From positions 539,925 through 603,924 of the forward strand of contig OY282494.1 of assembly GCA_958296385.1 (NCBI GenBank): a stretch of DNA of 64,000 nt, in the 5' to 3' direction. Below the pieces are notes generated by a model that made no database searches, had not been told where the DNA came from, and saw only the letters and a program-made list of their open reading frames with translations. Source of the stretch: an uncultured Dehalococcoidia bacterium (GTDB taxonomy: Bacteria; Chloroflexota; Dehalococcoidia; Lucifugimonadales; UBA3495). The position numbers and the translations under genes were made by a program. The first letter of the stretch is position 1. Each line of letters begins with the position of its first letter. Positions 8,437-19,905 of this stretch are shown one piece after another.

Positions 8437-10665
8437 ATGCCAGAAGCCGCCAAAATTATTTACACCGAAACTGACGAAGCCCCGTTCCTCGCCACCCATT
8501 CCCTGCTGCCGATTCTCCAGGCTTTTACCAAAAGTTCCGGCATCGCACTGGAGACTTGGGACATTTCCCTGTCCGGCCGCATCATCGCCAATTTCCCCGA
8601 CAATCTCACCGACGCCCAGCGCATCCCCGATTACCTGCGGATGTGCGGCGAGCTTTGCCTGGAACCCTCGGCTAACCTCATCAAACTGCCCAACATCAGC
8701 GCCTCCATCCCCCAGCTCAAAGGCGCCATCGCCGAGTTGCAGGCCAAAGGCTACGACGTTCCCGACTACCCCGACCAGCCCGCCAACGACGCCGAACGCG
8801 CCACCCAGGCCCGCTACTCCCGCGTGCTGGGCAGCGCCGTCAACCCCGTCATCCGCGAGGGCAACTCCGACCGCCGTTCCTCCACCGCCGTCAAGGAACA
8901 CGGCAAGCGCAACCCCCATCGCATGATGCAGGATTGGCCCCCCGTCTCCAAAACCCGCGTTGGCCACATGGCCGACGGCGACTTTTTCGGCAGTGAGCAG
9001 GCCGTAACCATTGCCGACGCCGGGTCGGCCGCCATCCAATTCGTAGCCGGCGACGGCAGCGTCACCGAGTTAAAATCCGGCATCCCCCTCCAGGCCGGCG
9101 AAATCATCGACTGCGCCGCCATGAACGTCCGGCAATTGCGCCAATTCTACGCCGCCGAAATCGCCAACGCCCAAGCCGACGACGTCCTGCTTTCCCTCCA
9201 CGTCAAAACCACCATGATGCGCGTGTCCGACCCCATCATCTTTGGACACTGCGTATCCGTGTTCTACGAGGACGTGTTCGCCAAACACGCCGCCGCACTG
9301 TCCGAACTGGCCGTTGACCCCGACAACGGCGTTGCCGAACTCCTCACCAAGATTCAGGCCCTGCCCGACGACAAGCGCGCCGAAATTGAGGCCGACATCC
9401 AGGCCGTCTATGACCGCCGCCCCGGACTCTCCATGGTCAACTCTAATCGCGGCATCACCAACCTCCACGTCCCCAGCGACGTCATCATTGACGCCTCCAT
9501 GCCCGTCATCGTCCGCGACGGCGGCCGCACCTGGGGCCCCGATAACGAGCTGCACGACACCATCGCCATCATCCCCGACCGCTCCTATGCCACTATCTAC
9601 CAGTCGGTTATCGAGGACTGCCAGCAGCACGGCGCCTTTGACCCGGCCACCGCCGGCAGCGTCGCCAACGTCGGCCTGATGGCCCAAGCCGCCGAGGAAT
9701 ACGGCTCCCACGACAAAACTTTTAAAGCCCCCGGCAACGGCACGATTCGCGTCGTTGACGCATTGGGCGCAACCCTGATGGAACAGAGCGTTGAGGAGGG
9801 CGACATTTTTCGGATGTGCCAGACCAAAGACGCCCCCATTCAGGACTGGGTTCGCCTCGGCGTCAACCGCTCCCGAATCACCGGCTCCCCCTCCATTTTC
9901 TGGCTTGACCCCAACCGCGCCCACGATGCCGAGCTAATCAAAAAGGTTGACCAGTACCTACCGGCCCACGACACCGCTGGCTTGGACATCCGCACCATGC
10001 CCCCACTTGAAGCCATGCGTGCCACCATGGAGCGCAGCCGCGCCGGCCAGGACACCATCGCCGTAACCGGCAACGTCCTCCGCGATTACCTCACCGACCT
10101 GTTCCCCATCCTCGAACTGGGCACCAGCGCCAAAATGCTCTCCGTCGTCCCCCTGCTCAACGGCGGCGGCCTCTTTGAGACCGGCGCCGGCGGCTCCGCC
10201 CCCCGCCACGTTCAGCAGTTCCTCGAGGAAGGCCATCTGCGCTGGGATTCCCTGGGCGAATTCTGCGCCCTAGTCGCCTCATTCGAGCATTTCGGCGAAG
10301 TATTCAACAGCGATCAGGCCCGTCTTTTGGCCGAAACCCTCGACCAGGCCATCGGCGAACATCTGGAATACCGCCGCGCCCCATCCCGCCGCGTCAACGA
10401 GCTGGACACCCGCGGCAGCCATTTCTACCTCGCCCTCTACTGGGCCCAAATGCTCGCCAAACAGACTCAAGACCCGGAACTGCAAGCCCGCTTTACCGCA
10501 GTGGCCCAGCAGCTAACCGACAACGAAGCCCAAATCGTCCAGGAGCTGGAGGACGCTCAAGGCCAGCCCATAGACATCGGCGGCTACTACCGCCCCGATG
10601 CTGCAATGGCCGCCCAGGCCATGCGCCCCAGCCCCACCCTGAACGCCATCATCGATGCCATCTAA
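8437..10665 (+). CDS. icd: Monomeric NADP-dependent isocitrate dehydrogenase
   Basis: [47 protein letters not shown]; 742 aa. Confidence 0.97.
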   Translation: MPEAAKIIYTETDEAPFLATHSLLPILQAFTKSSGIALETWDISLSGRIIANFPDNLTDAQRIPDYLRMCGELCLEPSANLIKLPNISASIPQLKGAIAELQAKGYDVPDYPDQPANDAERATQARYSRVLGSAVNPVIREGNSDRRSSTAVKEHGKRNPHRMMQDWPPVSKTRVGHMADGDFFGSEQAVTIADAGSAAIQFVAGDGSVTELKSGIPLQAGEIIDCAAMNVRQLRQFYAAEIANAQADDVLLSLHVKTTMMRVSDPIIFGHCVSVFYEDVFAKHAAALSELAVDPDNGVAELLTKIQALPDDKRAEIEADIQAVYDRRPGLSMVNSNRGITNLHVPSDVIIDASMPVIVRDGGRTWGPDNELHDTIAIIPDRSYATIYQSVIEDCQQHGAFDPATAGSVANVGLMAQAAEEYGSHDKTFKAPGNGTIRVVDALGATLMEQSVEEGDIFRMCQTKDAPIQDWVRLGVNRSRITGSPSIFWLDPNRAHDAELIKKVDQYLPAHDTAGLDIRTMPPLEAMRATMERSRAGQDTIAVTGNVLRDYLTDLFPILELGTSAKMLSVVPLLNGGGLFETGAGGSAPRHVQQFLEEGHLRWDSLGEFCALVASFEHFGEVFNSDQARLLAETLDQAIGEHLEYRRAPSRRVNELDTRGSHFYLALYWAQMLAKQTQDPELQARFTAVAQQLTDNEAQIVQELEDAQGQPIDIGGYYRPDAAMAAQAMRPSPTLNAIIDAI

Positions 10666-10769
10666 CCTCGATGCCAAATCTGACATTGACGCCATCTGTA
10701 ATCAAAGCCACCTGACATCCCTGCCGTCTGGCAGCACACCGATTAACACTCTGGAGGAACACTCACCGG

Positions 10770-11714
10770 ATGCGAAGTAAAGTTACCGTAGTTGGCGCCG
10801 GCAACGTGGGCGCAACCACCGCACAGCGAATCCATCAGCTCGGCTATGCCGATGTTGTCCTGGTGGACGTAGTCGAAGACCTGCCCCAGGGCAAGAGCCT
10901 GGATATGCTGGAATCCGGCCCGGTCATCGGTTCCGATGCCTTGATTACCGGCGCCAACGGCTACGAGGAAACCGCCGGCTCCGACATGGTAGTCATCACC
11001 GCCGGCATCGCCCGCCGCCCCGGAATGAGCCGCGACGACCTGCTGCTCACCAATATGCGCATCACCTCCGCCGTCACCAGCGAGATTGTGCGCCATTCCC
11101 CCGACACCATCATCCTCGCCGTAACCAACCCGCTGGATGCCATGGTGCAAAACGTGTACGAAACCGCCGGCCTCCCCCGCAGCCGCGTGTTCGGCATGGC
11201 CGGCGTTCTCGACACCGCCCGCTACCGAACCTTTATCGCCCAGGAACTCAACGTTTCCGTGGACGATGTTCAAGCCTTGGTGCTCGGCGGCCACGGCGAC
11301 GACATGGTTCCGCTGGTTCGCTACACCACCGTAGGCTGCATCCCTCTAACCGAACTGCTCAGCCAGGAACGTATCGACTCCATCGTCCGGCGCACCCGCG
11401 ACGGCGGCGGCGAGATTGTCGCCCTGCTCAAACAGGGTTCCGCTTTCTACGCCCCATCGGCCGCCATCACCCAAATGGTCGAAGCCGTCCTGCTGGACAA
11501 AAAGCGCATCCTCCCCGGCTGCGCCTACCTGCAAGGCGAATACGGCATCAACGGCCTCTGCGTCGGCGTCCCCGTCAAAATCGGCGCCGGTGGCATGGAA
11601 CAAGTGCTGGAAATCAGCCTCACCGACGCCGAGCAAGCCGCCCTCCAAAGCTCCGCCGCCTCAGTGCAAGAACTCGTTGACGTGATGGCCAAAGCCCGCG
11701 CCGAAGCCGGCTAA
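10770..11714 (+). CDS. mdh: Malate dehydrogenase (LDH-like)
   Basis: [33 protein letters not shown]. Confidence 0.96.
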   Translation: MRSKVTVVGAGNVGATTAQRIHQLGYADVVLVDVVEDLPQGKSLDMLESGPVIGSDALITGANGYEETAGSDMVVITAGIARRPGMSRDDLLLTNMRITSAVTSEIVRHSPDTIILAVTNPLDAMVQNVYETAGLPRSRVFGMAGVLDTARYRTFIAQELNVSVDDVQALVLGGHGDDMVPLVRYTTVGCIPLTELLSQERIDSIVRRTRDGGGEIVALLKQGSAFYAPSAAITQMVEAVLLDKKRILPGCAYLQGEYGINGLCVGVPVKIGAGGMEQVLEISLTDAEQAALQSSAASVQELVDVMAKARAEAG

Positions 11715-11736
11715 CCGCCGCTCCAAACGCCCCCCA

Positions 11737-11769
11737 AACACGCCGTGCCGGGCAACCGCACGGCGTGTT
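11737..11769 (+). terminator. Hairpin downstream of mdh, probable terminator
   Basis: AACACGCCGTGC-loop-GCACGGCGTGTT inverted repeat about 20 nt after the stop; U-tract is weak. Confidence 0.55.
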
Positions 11770-11829
11770 GTATAATGCTTATCCCGATTGACGAACACAC
11801 TGAATTGCATTTCGCCTCAGGAGGCCACG

Positions 11830-13125
11830 ATGACCCAGCGCAATCAGATTGAGCAGGATTTGCTCGCCAAAGCCGCCCGCTATCTCCCCGGCAGCGGCAC
11901 CGGCAACACCAATTACCCGGACGAGTTGAAGTTCCTCGTCCGTGAGGGCAAGGGCGGCCGCGTTTGGGACGTGTCCGGCAACGAGTACGTTGACTGGCTG
12001 ATGGGTTCCGGCCCCATGATTCTCGGCCACGCGCACCCCGCCGTAACCGAGGCGGTTTCCCAGGCCGTGGGCCGCGGCTCCACCTTTTTTACCACCAACG
12101 AGCAGGCCGTTATGTTAGCCGAGGAACTGGTCAACGCCGTCCCCTGCGCCGAGCAGGTTCGTTTCACCACCAGCGGCACCGACGCCTGTTTCCAGGCCAT
12201 GCGGGTGGCCCGGGCTTTCACTGGCAAGGAGAAAATCCTCAAGTTTGAGGGCGGTTTCCACGGCACCAGCGACTACGCCATGATGTCCGTCTTCGCCTCC
12301 GCCTCCGTCGAGTTTCCCCAGGCCGAAGCCAACAGCGGCGGCATCCCCCGCGCCATCAACGACTTGATGCTGATTTCCCAGTTCAACGACCTCGATACCA
12401 CCGCCGCCATCATCGACGCTCATAAGGACGAAATCGCCGCCGTAATCGTTGAACCCCTGCAACGCACCCTGGCGCCCAACCCCGGATTCCTGGCCGGCCT
12501 CCGCAAGCTCACCGCCGACGCCGGCTTGCTGCTGATTTTTGACGAAGTGGTAACCGGCTTTCGTCTGGCCTACGGCGGCGCCCAGGAGTTCTACGGTGTA
12601 ACCCCCGACCTCTGCTCCGTCGGCAAGATTATGGGCGGCGGCTACCCCCTGGCCGCCACCATGGGCCGCGCCGACGTTATGTCCGTTTATGACCGTGCCG
12701 CCGTCTCATCCGACGACTACGTTGACCAGATTGGCACCCTCAACGGCAACCCCATCGCCTGCGCCGCCGGACTAGCCACCCTCGCCGAGCTGCGGCAAGA
12801 TGGCGTGTACGACCGGATGCGCGCCGTAGGCGGGCAGCTGCGCCAGGCGTTGGCCGACGCCTGCACCGAGCAGGGCTTTACGGTGCAAAGCGTTGGCGAG
12901 GATGCCGTATTTGACATCTACTTCGCCGACCACGCCGTGCAAAACTACCGTGACGGCCTCGCCGCCGACGCCGCCACCCTGGGCAAACTCAACGCCGGCC
13001 TGCTGGAACGCCGGATCATCAAATCCTGGCCCCAAAAGTTCTACCCCTCCATCGTCCACACCGACGAGGACGTAGCAGAAACCATCGCCGCCATCCAGGC
13101 CGTAGCCCCCACCCTCCGGAGCTAA
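11830..13125 (+). CDS. Class III PLP aminotransferase, glutamate-1-semialdehyde aminomutase-like
   Basis: WDVSGNEYVD, GPMILGHAHP, FEGGFHG, LLIFDEVVTGFR, GKIMGGGYP, GTLNGNP. ATG 11830 follows GGAGG. Confidence 0.9.
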   Translation: MTQRNQIEQDLLAKAARYLPGSGTGNTNYPDELKFLVREGKGGRVWDVSGNEYVDWLMGSGPMILGHAHPAVTEAVSQAVGRGSTFFTTNEQAVMLAEELVNAVPCAEQVRFTTSGTDACFQAMRVARAFTGKEKILKFEGGFHGTSDYAMMSVFASASVEFPQAEANSGGIPRAINDLMLISQFNDLDTTAAIIDAHKDEIAAVIVEPLQRTLAPNPGFLAGLRKLTADAGLLLIFDEVVTGFRLAYGGAQEFYGVTPDLCSVGKIMGGGYPLAATMGRADVMSVYDRAAVSSDDYVDQIGTLNGNPIACAAGLATLAELRQDGVYDRMRAVGGQLRQALADACTEQGFTVQSVGEDAVFDIYFADHAVQNYRDGLAADAATLGKLNAGLLERRIIKSWPQKFYPSIVHTDEDVAETIAAIQAVAPTLRS

Positions 13126-13165
13126 TCCGCACCTACAAACCCGGAACGGCCATCAACCCCAATAC

Positions 13166-13199
13166 CAACGCCCCGGCAGGTTTTCCTACCGGGGCGTTG
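13166..13199. terminator. Hairpin between convergent genes, probable bidirectional terminator
   Basis: CAACGCCCCGG-CAGG-TTTT-CCTA-CCGGGGCGTTG. Confidence 0.65.
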
Positions 13200-13224
13200 C
13201 TGATTGCAGATGGGCAGCGTTTTA

Positions 13225-14106
13225 TCAGCGCCGTCCGCCCACCTTAACCTCCAGCGGCCCGGTGCTGACGATGTGCTTTTTCAGCCCAAGTTCAGTAGGT
13301 GACATCCCCATCGCCAGCCCAATCAGCTGCGGCATATGCAGAATTGGCAAGTCAATGGAGCGGCGCGCCTGCGATGCGGCTTTGGGCTGGAAACCATCCA
13401 GGTTCAGATGGCACAGCGGGCACGGCGTCACCATCGCATCGGCGCCCAGGTCTTTAACCTCGGACGTATGCTTGCCCACCATCGCCATCGAGTTGCGCTC
13501 GTTGATGGTAAGAATCGGAAACCCGCAGCAGCGCGTCTTGCCCTCAAAGTCAATAATCGTCGCCCCCAGCGCGTCAATCAGCATTTCCAGCGACTGCTGC
13601 CGCTCCGGATGCTCCGCAATGTCCAAAGCCTCGGTTGGCCGGACAATATAGCAGCCGTAAAACGGCGCCACCTTGAGCTCGGTCAACTGCCGGGTAATAT
13701 GCGGCGCCAGCTGGTCCAACCCGTAGTCCTCAATCAGAATCCACAGCAGATGTTTCGGTTCGCTGTTCCCGCTGTATTCCAGCCCTTCCTCGGCCAGATA
13801 GGAGTTAATTTCGGCCAGGTACTCCGGGTTCCGCATCCGGTGGTTAGCCTGCGACATCACCCCCTGGCACGTGCTGCAAATTGTCAGGATTGGCAGCCCC
13901 ATCCGCTCCGCTTTGGCAAAGTTGCGGGCGTTCAGCGTATCCCCAAAGAGCTGGTTTTTTTCCTGGATAACCCCGGCCCCGGTGCAAGTCCAGCCGGGAA
14001 TTTCCTCGAGTTCAATCCCCAGCCGGTCGCAGACCATCCGCGCCGCCGGGTAGAGTTCTGGCGCGCCGCCCTGCGATACGCAACCCGGAAAAAAGGCGTA
14101 CTTCAC
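13225..14106 (-). CDS. CCG-domain (HdrB-like) subunit of succinate dehydrogenase/fumarate reductase
   Basis: YAFFPGC, WTCTGA, CSTC, FYGC, RCCG, PCPLC; directly downstream of sdhB. Confidence 0.9.
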   Translation of the reverse strand: MKYAFFPGCVSQGGAPELYPAARMVCDRLGIELEEIPGWTCTGAGVIQEKNQLFGDTLNARNFAKAERMGLPILTICSTCQGVMSQANHRMRNPEYLAEINSYLAEEGLEYSGNSEPKHLLWILIEDYGLDQLAPHITRQLTELKVAPFYGCYIVRPTEALDIAEHPERQQSLEMLIDALGATIIDFEGKTRCCGFPILTINERNSMAMVGKHTSEVKDLGADAMVTPCPLCHLNLDGFQPKAASQARRSIDLPILHMPQLIGLAMGMSPTELGLKKHIVSTGPLEVKVGGRR

Positions 14107-14158
14107 TAGTTAATCCTCCTCGAACTGATACGGGAAACTGATACGGCCAGCCGTCCCC

Positions 14159-15163
14159 TTACCCAAAGGGCGAGTTGGTGCTGACTTGCGGCGGCGCCGG
14201 CTCCGGTTCCATCTTCTGGAACAGCCGGCGCACCGCCTCCACGTTCTCCACGTTCTTGTGCGCGATTGGCGGCATTTTGCCCCGCCGCAGCGCCCGCAGC
14301 GCCACCGGCATATACCCCATCAGCGCCGGCAGATTCATCATCCCCACGCTCTTGATGGGCAGCCGCAGCTCGTCCAACCGCCCGCTGTGTCCCACCGACT
14401 CGGTGAACGCATCGGTGTGCCGCGCGCCGTTGTTGTTAGCGTAGCCCGCCTGTATCGCCTGCTCCCGCATCGCCATAATGCGGTCCATCGGAGCAACCCC
14501 TTTGGGGCAAACCTGCACGCACTCGTTGCAGCGGGTGCAGTCCCAGATGCCGCTCGGTTCGCTCAGCGCCCACAGCCGTTCCGTTGACACGCCCTGATTG
14601 TCGCCGTCGCGCGGGTCGGCCGTAAAACGGTACGCTTTCGCCAGCGCCGCCGGCCCCAGAAACGTCGGGTCAACCTCCAGCACCGTGCAGTCCGAAACGC
14701 ACGCCCCGCACATTATGCACGCCGTAACGCCGGACAGATGCAGCATGGCCTCGTTGGAAACCACGTACTCACTTTCCGGCACCTGCCCGATGTGCTTCAG
14801 GTACGGGTCAACCTGCTTGATTTTCTCCCAGAACAGGTCAAAGTTGACCACCAAATCTTTGATGACCGGCATCACGCCGGCCGGTTCAATAGTGATGACG
14901 CCGTTCTGCACCACCGTGTTGGCGATGGTTTTGCAGGCCAGCGCCGCGTGGCCGTTGATGCGCATAGCGCACGAGCCGCAAATTGCGCTGCGGCACGAAC
15001 AGCGCAGCGCCAGCGTGCCGTCGTCATCCTCGCGAATCTGAATCAGCGCATCCAGAACCGTAGCGTTATCGGCGATGCTGACCGGGTATTCCTGCCAATG
15101 GGGTAGCCGTCGCTCGCCCGTCGCTTCTGGGTCTTGTCGTTTCACCCGTATGGTTACGTCCAT
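14159..15163 (-). CDS. sdhB: Succinate dehydrogenase/fumarate reductase iron-sulfur subunit
   Basis: SCRSAICGSCAMRING, CIMCGACVSDC, CTRCNECVQVCPKG. Confidence 0.95.
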   Translation of the reverse strand: MDVTIRVKRQDPEATGERRLPHWQEYPVSIADNATVLDALIQIREDDDGTLALRCSCRSAICGSCAMRINGHAALACKTIANTVVQNGVITIEPAGVMPVIKDLVVNFDLFWEKIKQVDPYLKHIGQVPESEYVVSNEAMLHLSGVTACIMCGACVSDCTVLEVDPTFLGPAALAKAYRFTADPRDGDNQGVSTERLWALSEPSGIWDCTRCNECVQVCPKGVAPMDRIMAMREQAIQAGYANNNGARHTDAFTESVGHSGRLDELRLPIKSVGMMNLPALMGYMPVALRALRRGKMPPIAHKNVENVEAVRRLFQKMEPEPAPPQVSTNSPFG

Positions 15164-15166
15164 AAC

Positions 15167-16864
15167 CTAGTATTTCCTCTCTTCTGGCGTCCACTTGGTG
15201 ATGGTTACCGGCAACTCCGAGATTTGCGGCCCCCCGTCGGATTTGGTGACCACGATATGGTGCAGCCACTCTTCGTCGTTGCGTTGCGGATAGTCAACCC
15301 GAAACTGCGCCCCCCGGCTTTCCCGCCGTTCCAGCGCGCCGGCGGCGATGGTATCCGCGCAGTCCAGCATATAGCCCAACTCCAGCGCAAACACCAAGTC
15401 GGTGTTGAAACTCTTGCCCTTGTTGTGCACCGGCACGTTCTCGTAGCGCCGCCGCAGCTCGTGGAGGTCGCCCAGCGTTTCCTGAATCCCCTCCTCGTTG
15501 CGGAACACGGCCACGTTCCGGTTCATTGATTCGCCCATGTCCTGCCGGATGGACGCCCAGCGGTCGCCGTTGTCCGGGCGATCCAGCATCTCCTGAATCC
15601 GCCGCGATTCCTGCAACATGGCGGCAGTAGTGTTGAACTCGCCAAAGCTCCGGCCCCGCGCGGCGGCGGCGGCGTGATTGCCGGCCCGTTCGCCGAATAC
15701 GATGGTATCCAGCAGCGAATTCGCGCCCAGCCGGTTGCCGCCGTGCACGCTCACGTTGGCGCACTCCCCGGCCGCGTACACCCCTTCCAGGTTGGTCAAA
15801 CCGTCAATGTCGGTCTTGATGCCGCCCATTATGTAGTGCATACCGGGGCGGATCGGAATTGGCTCCCGGATCATATCCACCCCGGCCAGGTCAATGCCAA
15901 TCTCGCGAATCTGGATGAGCTTCTCCATAATCAGAGCTTCGCCCAGATGCGTGCAATCCAGGTACACGCACCCGTCAACCCCGTTGCCGGCATTGATTTC
16001 GGTCTGTTCGGCGCGAGATACCACGTCGCGGGAGGCCAGCTCCATCATGTTGGGAGCGTACTTCTCCATAAAGCGGTTGCCGTCTTTGTCCCGCAGATAA
16101 GCCCCTTCCCCGCGCGCCGCCTCGGAAATCAGCACGCCGCTGCCGGCCAGCGTGGTGGGGTGGTACTGCACCATCTCCATATCCATCAGCTGCCCGCCGG
16201 CGCCGTACACCAACCCCATCCCGTCGCCGGTAACAATCAGCGCGTTGGTGCTCGGCTCAAACAGCCGCCCGCAGCCGCCGGTAGCGAGGATGACCGTCTT
16301 GGCCCGTATCAGATGCAATTCCCCGGTGCGGATTTCCAGCGCGGTCACCCCGGCCGCCTTGCCATCCTCCATAATGAGGGACGTTACAAACCATTCCTCG
16401 TAACGCCGGACGCCGGACTTGATAAGCTGCTCAAACATCACGTGGAGCAGTGCCTGTCCGGTAAAGTCGCCGACAAAGAATGTGCGGGCCCGCCGTTGGC
16501 CGCCAAAGGCCCGGGTGCCCAGCCGTCCCTCATCGTCCCGGTTAAACGTAACCCCCATGTGTTCCATGTCAATGAGCGACGCCCCGGCCTGCCGGCACAT
16601 CACCTCAATAGCGTCCTGGTCACCCAGAAAGTCGCTGCCCTTGATGGTGTCGTAGGCATGGTCTTCCCAGTCATCCCCCCGGTCCAGCAGGGCCGCGTTG
16701 ATGCCGCCCTGTGCGGCGTTGGAGTGGCTGCGCACCGGGTGCACCTTGCTGATGATGGCGGCGCTGGCCCCGTTGGCGCGCGCGGCAATCGCCGCCCGCA
16801 TACCGGCCAGGCCGGCCCCGACGACCAGCACGTCGTGTTGCAAATTTTCAGGCATTCCTGTCAA
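15167..16864 (-). CDS. sdhA: Succinate dehydrogenase/fumarate reductase flavoprotein
   Basis: GAGLAG, RSHSNAAQGG (covalent FAD His), QYHPT, SEAARGEG, HGGNRLGANSL. Confidence 0.96.
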   Translation of the reverse strand: MTGMPENLQHDVLVVGAGLAGMRAAIAARANGASAAIISKVHPVRSHSNAAQGGINAALLDRGDDWEDHAYDTIKGSDFLGDQDAIEVMCRQAGASLIDMEHMGVTFNRDDEGRLGTRAFGGQRRARTFFVGDFTGQALLHVMFEQLIKSGVRRYEEWFVTSLIMEDGKAAGVTALEIRTGELHLIRAKTVILATGGCGRLFEPSTNALIVTGDGMGLVYGAGGQLMDMEMVQYHPTTLAGSGVLISEAARGEGAYLRDKDGNRFMEKYAPNMMELASRDVVSRAEQTEINAGNGVDGCVYLDCTHLGEALIMEKLIQIREIGIDLAGVDMIREPIPIRPGMHYIMGGIKTDIDGLTNLEGVYAAGECANVSVHGGNRLGANSLLDTIVFGERAGNHAAAAARGRSFGEFNTTAAMLQESRRIQEMLDRPDNGDRWASIRQDMGESMNRNVAVFRNEEGIQETLGDLHELRRRYENVPVHNKGKSFNTDLVFALELGYMLDCADTIAAGALERRESRGAQFRVDYPQRNDEEWLHHIVVTKSDGGPQISELPVTITKWTPEERKY

Positions 16865-16930
16865 CCTCCGACCGGGCAGTTACGCTGGCCCGGTTCTTTT
16901 GCGCGCGTTTGGCGGCGCGGCAAAGCGACG

Positions 16931-17479
16931 CTAATTATCCCCCAAGATGCGCATGGCAAGCAACAGCGACGCCACGCTCTTTGCGTCCTGTATCGTGCCG
17001 TCCGCAATCAGCCCCGGCACGTCCGCCAGAGCCACCCGCTCCACCTCGATAAACTCATCCTCATCCGACTCCAACGCGGCCGGGGTCAAGTCAATAGCCA
17101 GGTAAGCGTGCATATACTCGGTACACCAGCCCGGCGCCAGCCAAAAGCCGACCATCCGCTGCAACTGGCCGGCGGTATGGCCGATTTCCTCTTGCAGTTC
17201 GCGTAGGGCCGCTGCCTCCGGCTCCTCGCCGGCCTCAATGCCGCCGGCCGGCACTTCCAGCAGGAAAGCCCCCGCCGGCTTGCGATACTGGCGAACCAGC
17301 AGCGCGTTGCCGTCGTCGTCCACCGGCACTACGCAAATTGACGGCGCGTGTTCGGCAATCTCCCGGGTGCTGGTGCGGCCGTTGACCAGCTGCACGGTAT
17401 CTACGCGCACGTTAAGTATGCGCCCCTCAAACACGGTGCGGGTGGCCAGCGTTGGTTCGTTGTTAGCGGGAGTGGTCAT
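16931..17479 (-). CDS. NUDIX hydrolase, ADP-ribose pyrophosphatase-like
   Basis: Nudix box GGIEAGEEPEAAALRELQEEIG, LLVRQYR, IQDAKS. Confidence 0.92.
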   Translation of the reverse strand: MTTPANNEPTLATRTVFEGRILNVRVDTVQLVNGRTSTREIAEHAPSICVVPVDDDGNALLVRQYRKPAGAFLLEVPAGGIEAGEEPEAAALRELQEEIGHTAGQLQRMVGFWLAPGWCTEYMHAYLAIDLTPAALESDEDEFIEVERVALADVPGLIADGTIQDAKSVASLLLAMRILGDN

Positions 17480-17511
17480 TATGTAAAAAGCGTCTCAACC
17501 CGAAAGCGTAA

Positions 17512-18375
17512 TCAGCGGCGTTGTTGCAGGCTGAAACCCAGCCGTTGCGTCAGGGTAGCCCAGAAGTAGTTGTGCTCGTGAGCCCGCAGGAAACGGGCCC
17601 GGTACGGACTGCGCGTGATACGCACCCAATCGCCGGGTTCAATAGGATGGTTCTCAAACCCGTCCACGCTGAGGATACCGCCTTGCGAACCCTCCAGGTG
17701 AAAGTCAACGCTGCTGGTGGGCCGCAGCACCAGCGTGGCGGTGAGACCAACGTGGGACGCCAGCGGAGTCAGGATTACATCATCGGACAGCGGGTCAACG
17801 ATTGGCCCGCCGGCGGCAAAGCTGTACCCGGTGCTGCCCGTCGCCGTAGCCAGTATCACCCCATCGGCCCGGAAAGTGGACACGTCGGCCCCGTCAACCG
17901 CCGCCCGCACCGTAACCACCCGCGAAACCTGCCCCCGCGTGAGCACAACGTCGTTCAGGGCATGGTACGGCCCGCGCTCCACCGGAGGCCCGCCCTCCGG
18001 GTCCCGCCGGAACGACGACGCCATCAGCATACTGTGCTCCGACACGCGCATATCGCCGTCCAGATAGCGGGGCAGTTCGTCCATCACACCCGGCACGGTA
18101 AGCTCCGTCATAAACCCCAGGCGGCCCATGTTCACGCCCACCAGTGGTATGCCCAGCGGGGCGATTGCCCGATTGACCCGCAGGATGGTGCCGTCGCCGC
18201 CAATGGTGATGACCAAATCCCGGTCGGCGGCCCGTTCGGTAAGCCGGTCGGCCGCCTCCGCCGCCAGAATCCAGGTATCGGCAGCCAGATTCAGCTCCCT
18301 GACGATGGCATGGGCCAGGTCAAGCGCCTCCGGAATCAGGTCGTTGTAGGCGATGCCTACGCTTTTGGCCGTCAT
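17512..18375 (-). CDS. nadK: NAD(+) kinase
   Basis: GGDGT, GRLGFM, LNDVV, ATATGSTGYSFAAGG; start at ATG 18375. Confidence 0.93.
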   Translation of the reverse strand: MTAKSVGIAYNDLIPEALDLAHAIVRELNLAADTWILAAEAADRLTERAADRDLVITIGGDGTILRVNRAIAPLGIPLVGVNMGRLGFMTELTVPGVMDELPRYLDGDMRVSEHSMLMASSFRRDPEGGPPVERGPYHALNDVVLTRGQVSRVVTVRAAVDGADVSTFRADGVILATATGSTGYSFAAGGPIVDPLSDDVILTPLASHVGLTATLVLRPTSSVDFHLEGSQGGILSVDGFENHPIEPGDWVRITRSPYRARFLRAHEHNYFWATLTQRLGFSLQQRR

Positions 18376-18377
18376 CT

Positions 18378-19892
18378 TTAACTGCCGCCCGCCAAGACTG
18401 TCACCGCCCGTTCCGCAGCGGCCAGCAGCGTGCCCGGCGCTACTCCCAGCCACAGCATGGACAGCGCGGCGATGCCCAAAGCGACGTTGACCGGCCAGGA
18501 CGCGCCCACCCGCTGCGAGTTAATCGCCGGTTGCAGGAACATCACCTTGATTATCCTCAAATAGTAATAGGCCGATACCACGCTGTTCACCACGGCAATT
18601 ATCACCAGCCACGTCATCAGCGATTCGCCGGTGTTGATTGCGGCGGCGAATATGTAGATTTTGGCGATGAATATGCTCGTCGGCGGCACCCCAATCAGCG
18701 CAATCAGCGCAAACGCCAGCGCGATTGCCAGGAACGGCGATCGGCGAATCATCCCGCCGTAGTCGGCGATTTCGTCACTCTCGATGCGGTTGCCGATGCA
18801 CACGATGGCAAAAAAGGCCGTCAGGTTGGCCGCTGTGTACGCCGCCAGGTAAAACAGCACGCTGCTTGGCCCAAAGGAATCCGCGCCGCCGCTCGTCGTC
18901 GCAACGGCTGCCACGCCCACCAGAATGTAGCCGGCGTGGGCGATAGTGCTGTATCCAAACAGCCGCTTGATGTTGCGCTGCGCGATGGCCACCAGGTTGC
19001 CGATGGTCATTGACAAGGCCGCCAGCCCCGCCAGCAGTATCCACCAGTCCCCCTCCAGCGACTCGAAACCGATGTAGAAAACCCGCATCACCAGGGCAAA
19101 AGCCGCCGCCTTGCTGGCCACCGACAGGAAAGCAACCATCGGCGTCGGCGCCCCCTCGTACACGTCCGGCACCCACATTTGGAAAGGCGCCGCCGACATC
19201 TTAAAGCCGAACCCAACCAGCAGCAGGCTAACCGCCAGCAGCACCGCCAGCCCGCCAAAGGGAACGAACCCGGACGACGGCGCCCCGGCCAGCGCAATTG
19301 CGATTTCGTCCAGTCGTGTGCTGCCGGTGAAACCGTAAATCAGCGCCATCCCGTAGAGCATCACCGCGCTGCTTACCGCGCCGATGATGAGGAACTTCAT
19401 CCCCGCCTCGCCGGAGCGTCCGTTGGGCAGAAACGCCGCCATCGCCGCCAGCGGCAGCGTCGTCAACTCCAGGGCAATGTAAATTGTAATCAGCTCACTG
19501 GCCGCTACCAGCAGCATCATTCCGGTGGCCGACAGCAGCATCAACGCAAAAAACTCGCCCTGCAAGCGCGGCATCCGCTGCACGTAGTCGTGGGATACCA
19601 AAACCACCAGCCCGGTTGCCGCCAGTATCAGGAAGTTAAAGAACAGGGAGAAGCGGTCGATGGACAGCGTGTACAGGACTACCGAACCCTCAGCGGCCAA
19701 TCCGCCCGAACCGCTGCCGGAGATTTCGGCGACTTGCAGTGCGCTCAGCGCGGCCGGCGCCGCCAGCCCCACGAAAGACACCCCCACCAGCCAGGCGGTG
19801 CGGCGCGTGAACAGGTCAACGACGATGACGACCAGCGCCAGCGCGGCCAGCGCCAGATGGGGCGAGATTAGATAGAGGTCGTAGGCGGTCAT
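18378..19892 (-). CDS. nuoN: NADH-quinone oxidoreductase subunit N
   Basis: EAGMKFLIIGA, FKMSAAPFQMWVPDVYEGAP, last in the nuo operon. Confidence 0.95.
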   Translation of the reverse strand: MTAYDLYLISPHLALAALALVVIVVDLFTRRTAWLVGVSFVGLAAPAALSALQVAEISGSGSGGLAAEGSVVLYTLSIDRFSLFFNFLILAATGLVVLVSHDYVQRMPRLQGEFFALMLLSATGMMLLVAASELITIYIALELTTLPLAAMAAFLPNGRSGEAGMKFLIIGAVSSAVMLYGMALIYGFTGSTRLDEIAIALAGAPSSGFVPFGGLAVLLAVSLLLVGFGFKMSAAPFQMWVPDVYEGAPTPMVAFLSVASKAAAFALVMRVFYIGFESLEGDWWILLAGLAALSMTIGNLVAIAQRNIKRLFGYSTIAHAGYILVGVAAVATTSGGADSFGPSSVLFYLAAYTAANLTAFFAIVCIGNRIESDEIADYGGMIRRSPFLAIALAFALIALIGVPPTSIFIAKIYIFAAAINTGESLMTWLVIIAVVNSVVSAYYYLRIIKVMFLQPAINSQRVGASWPVNVALGIAALSMLWLGVAPGTLLAAAERAVTVLAGGS

Positions 19893-19905
19893 TTTTATCG
19901 TTTCG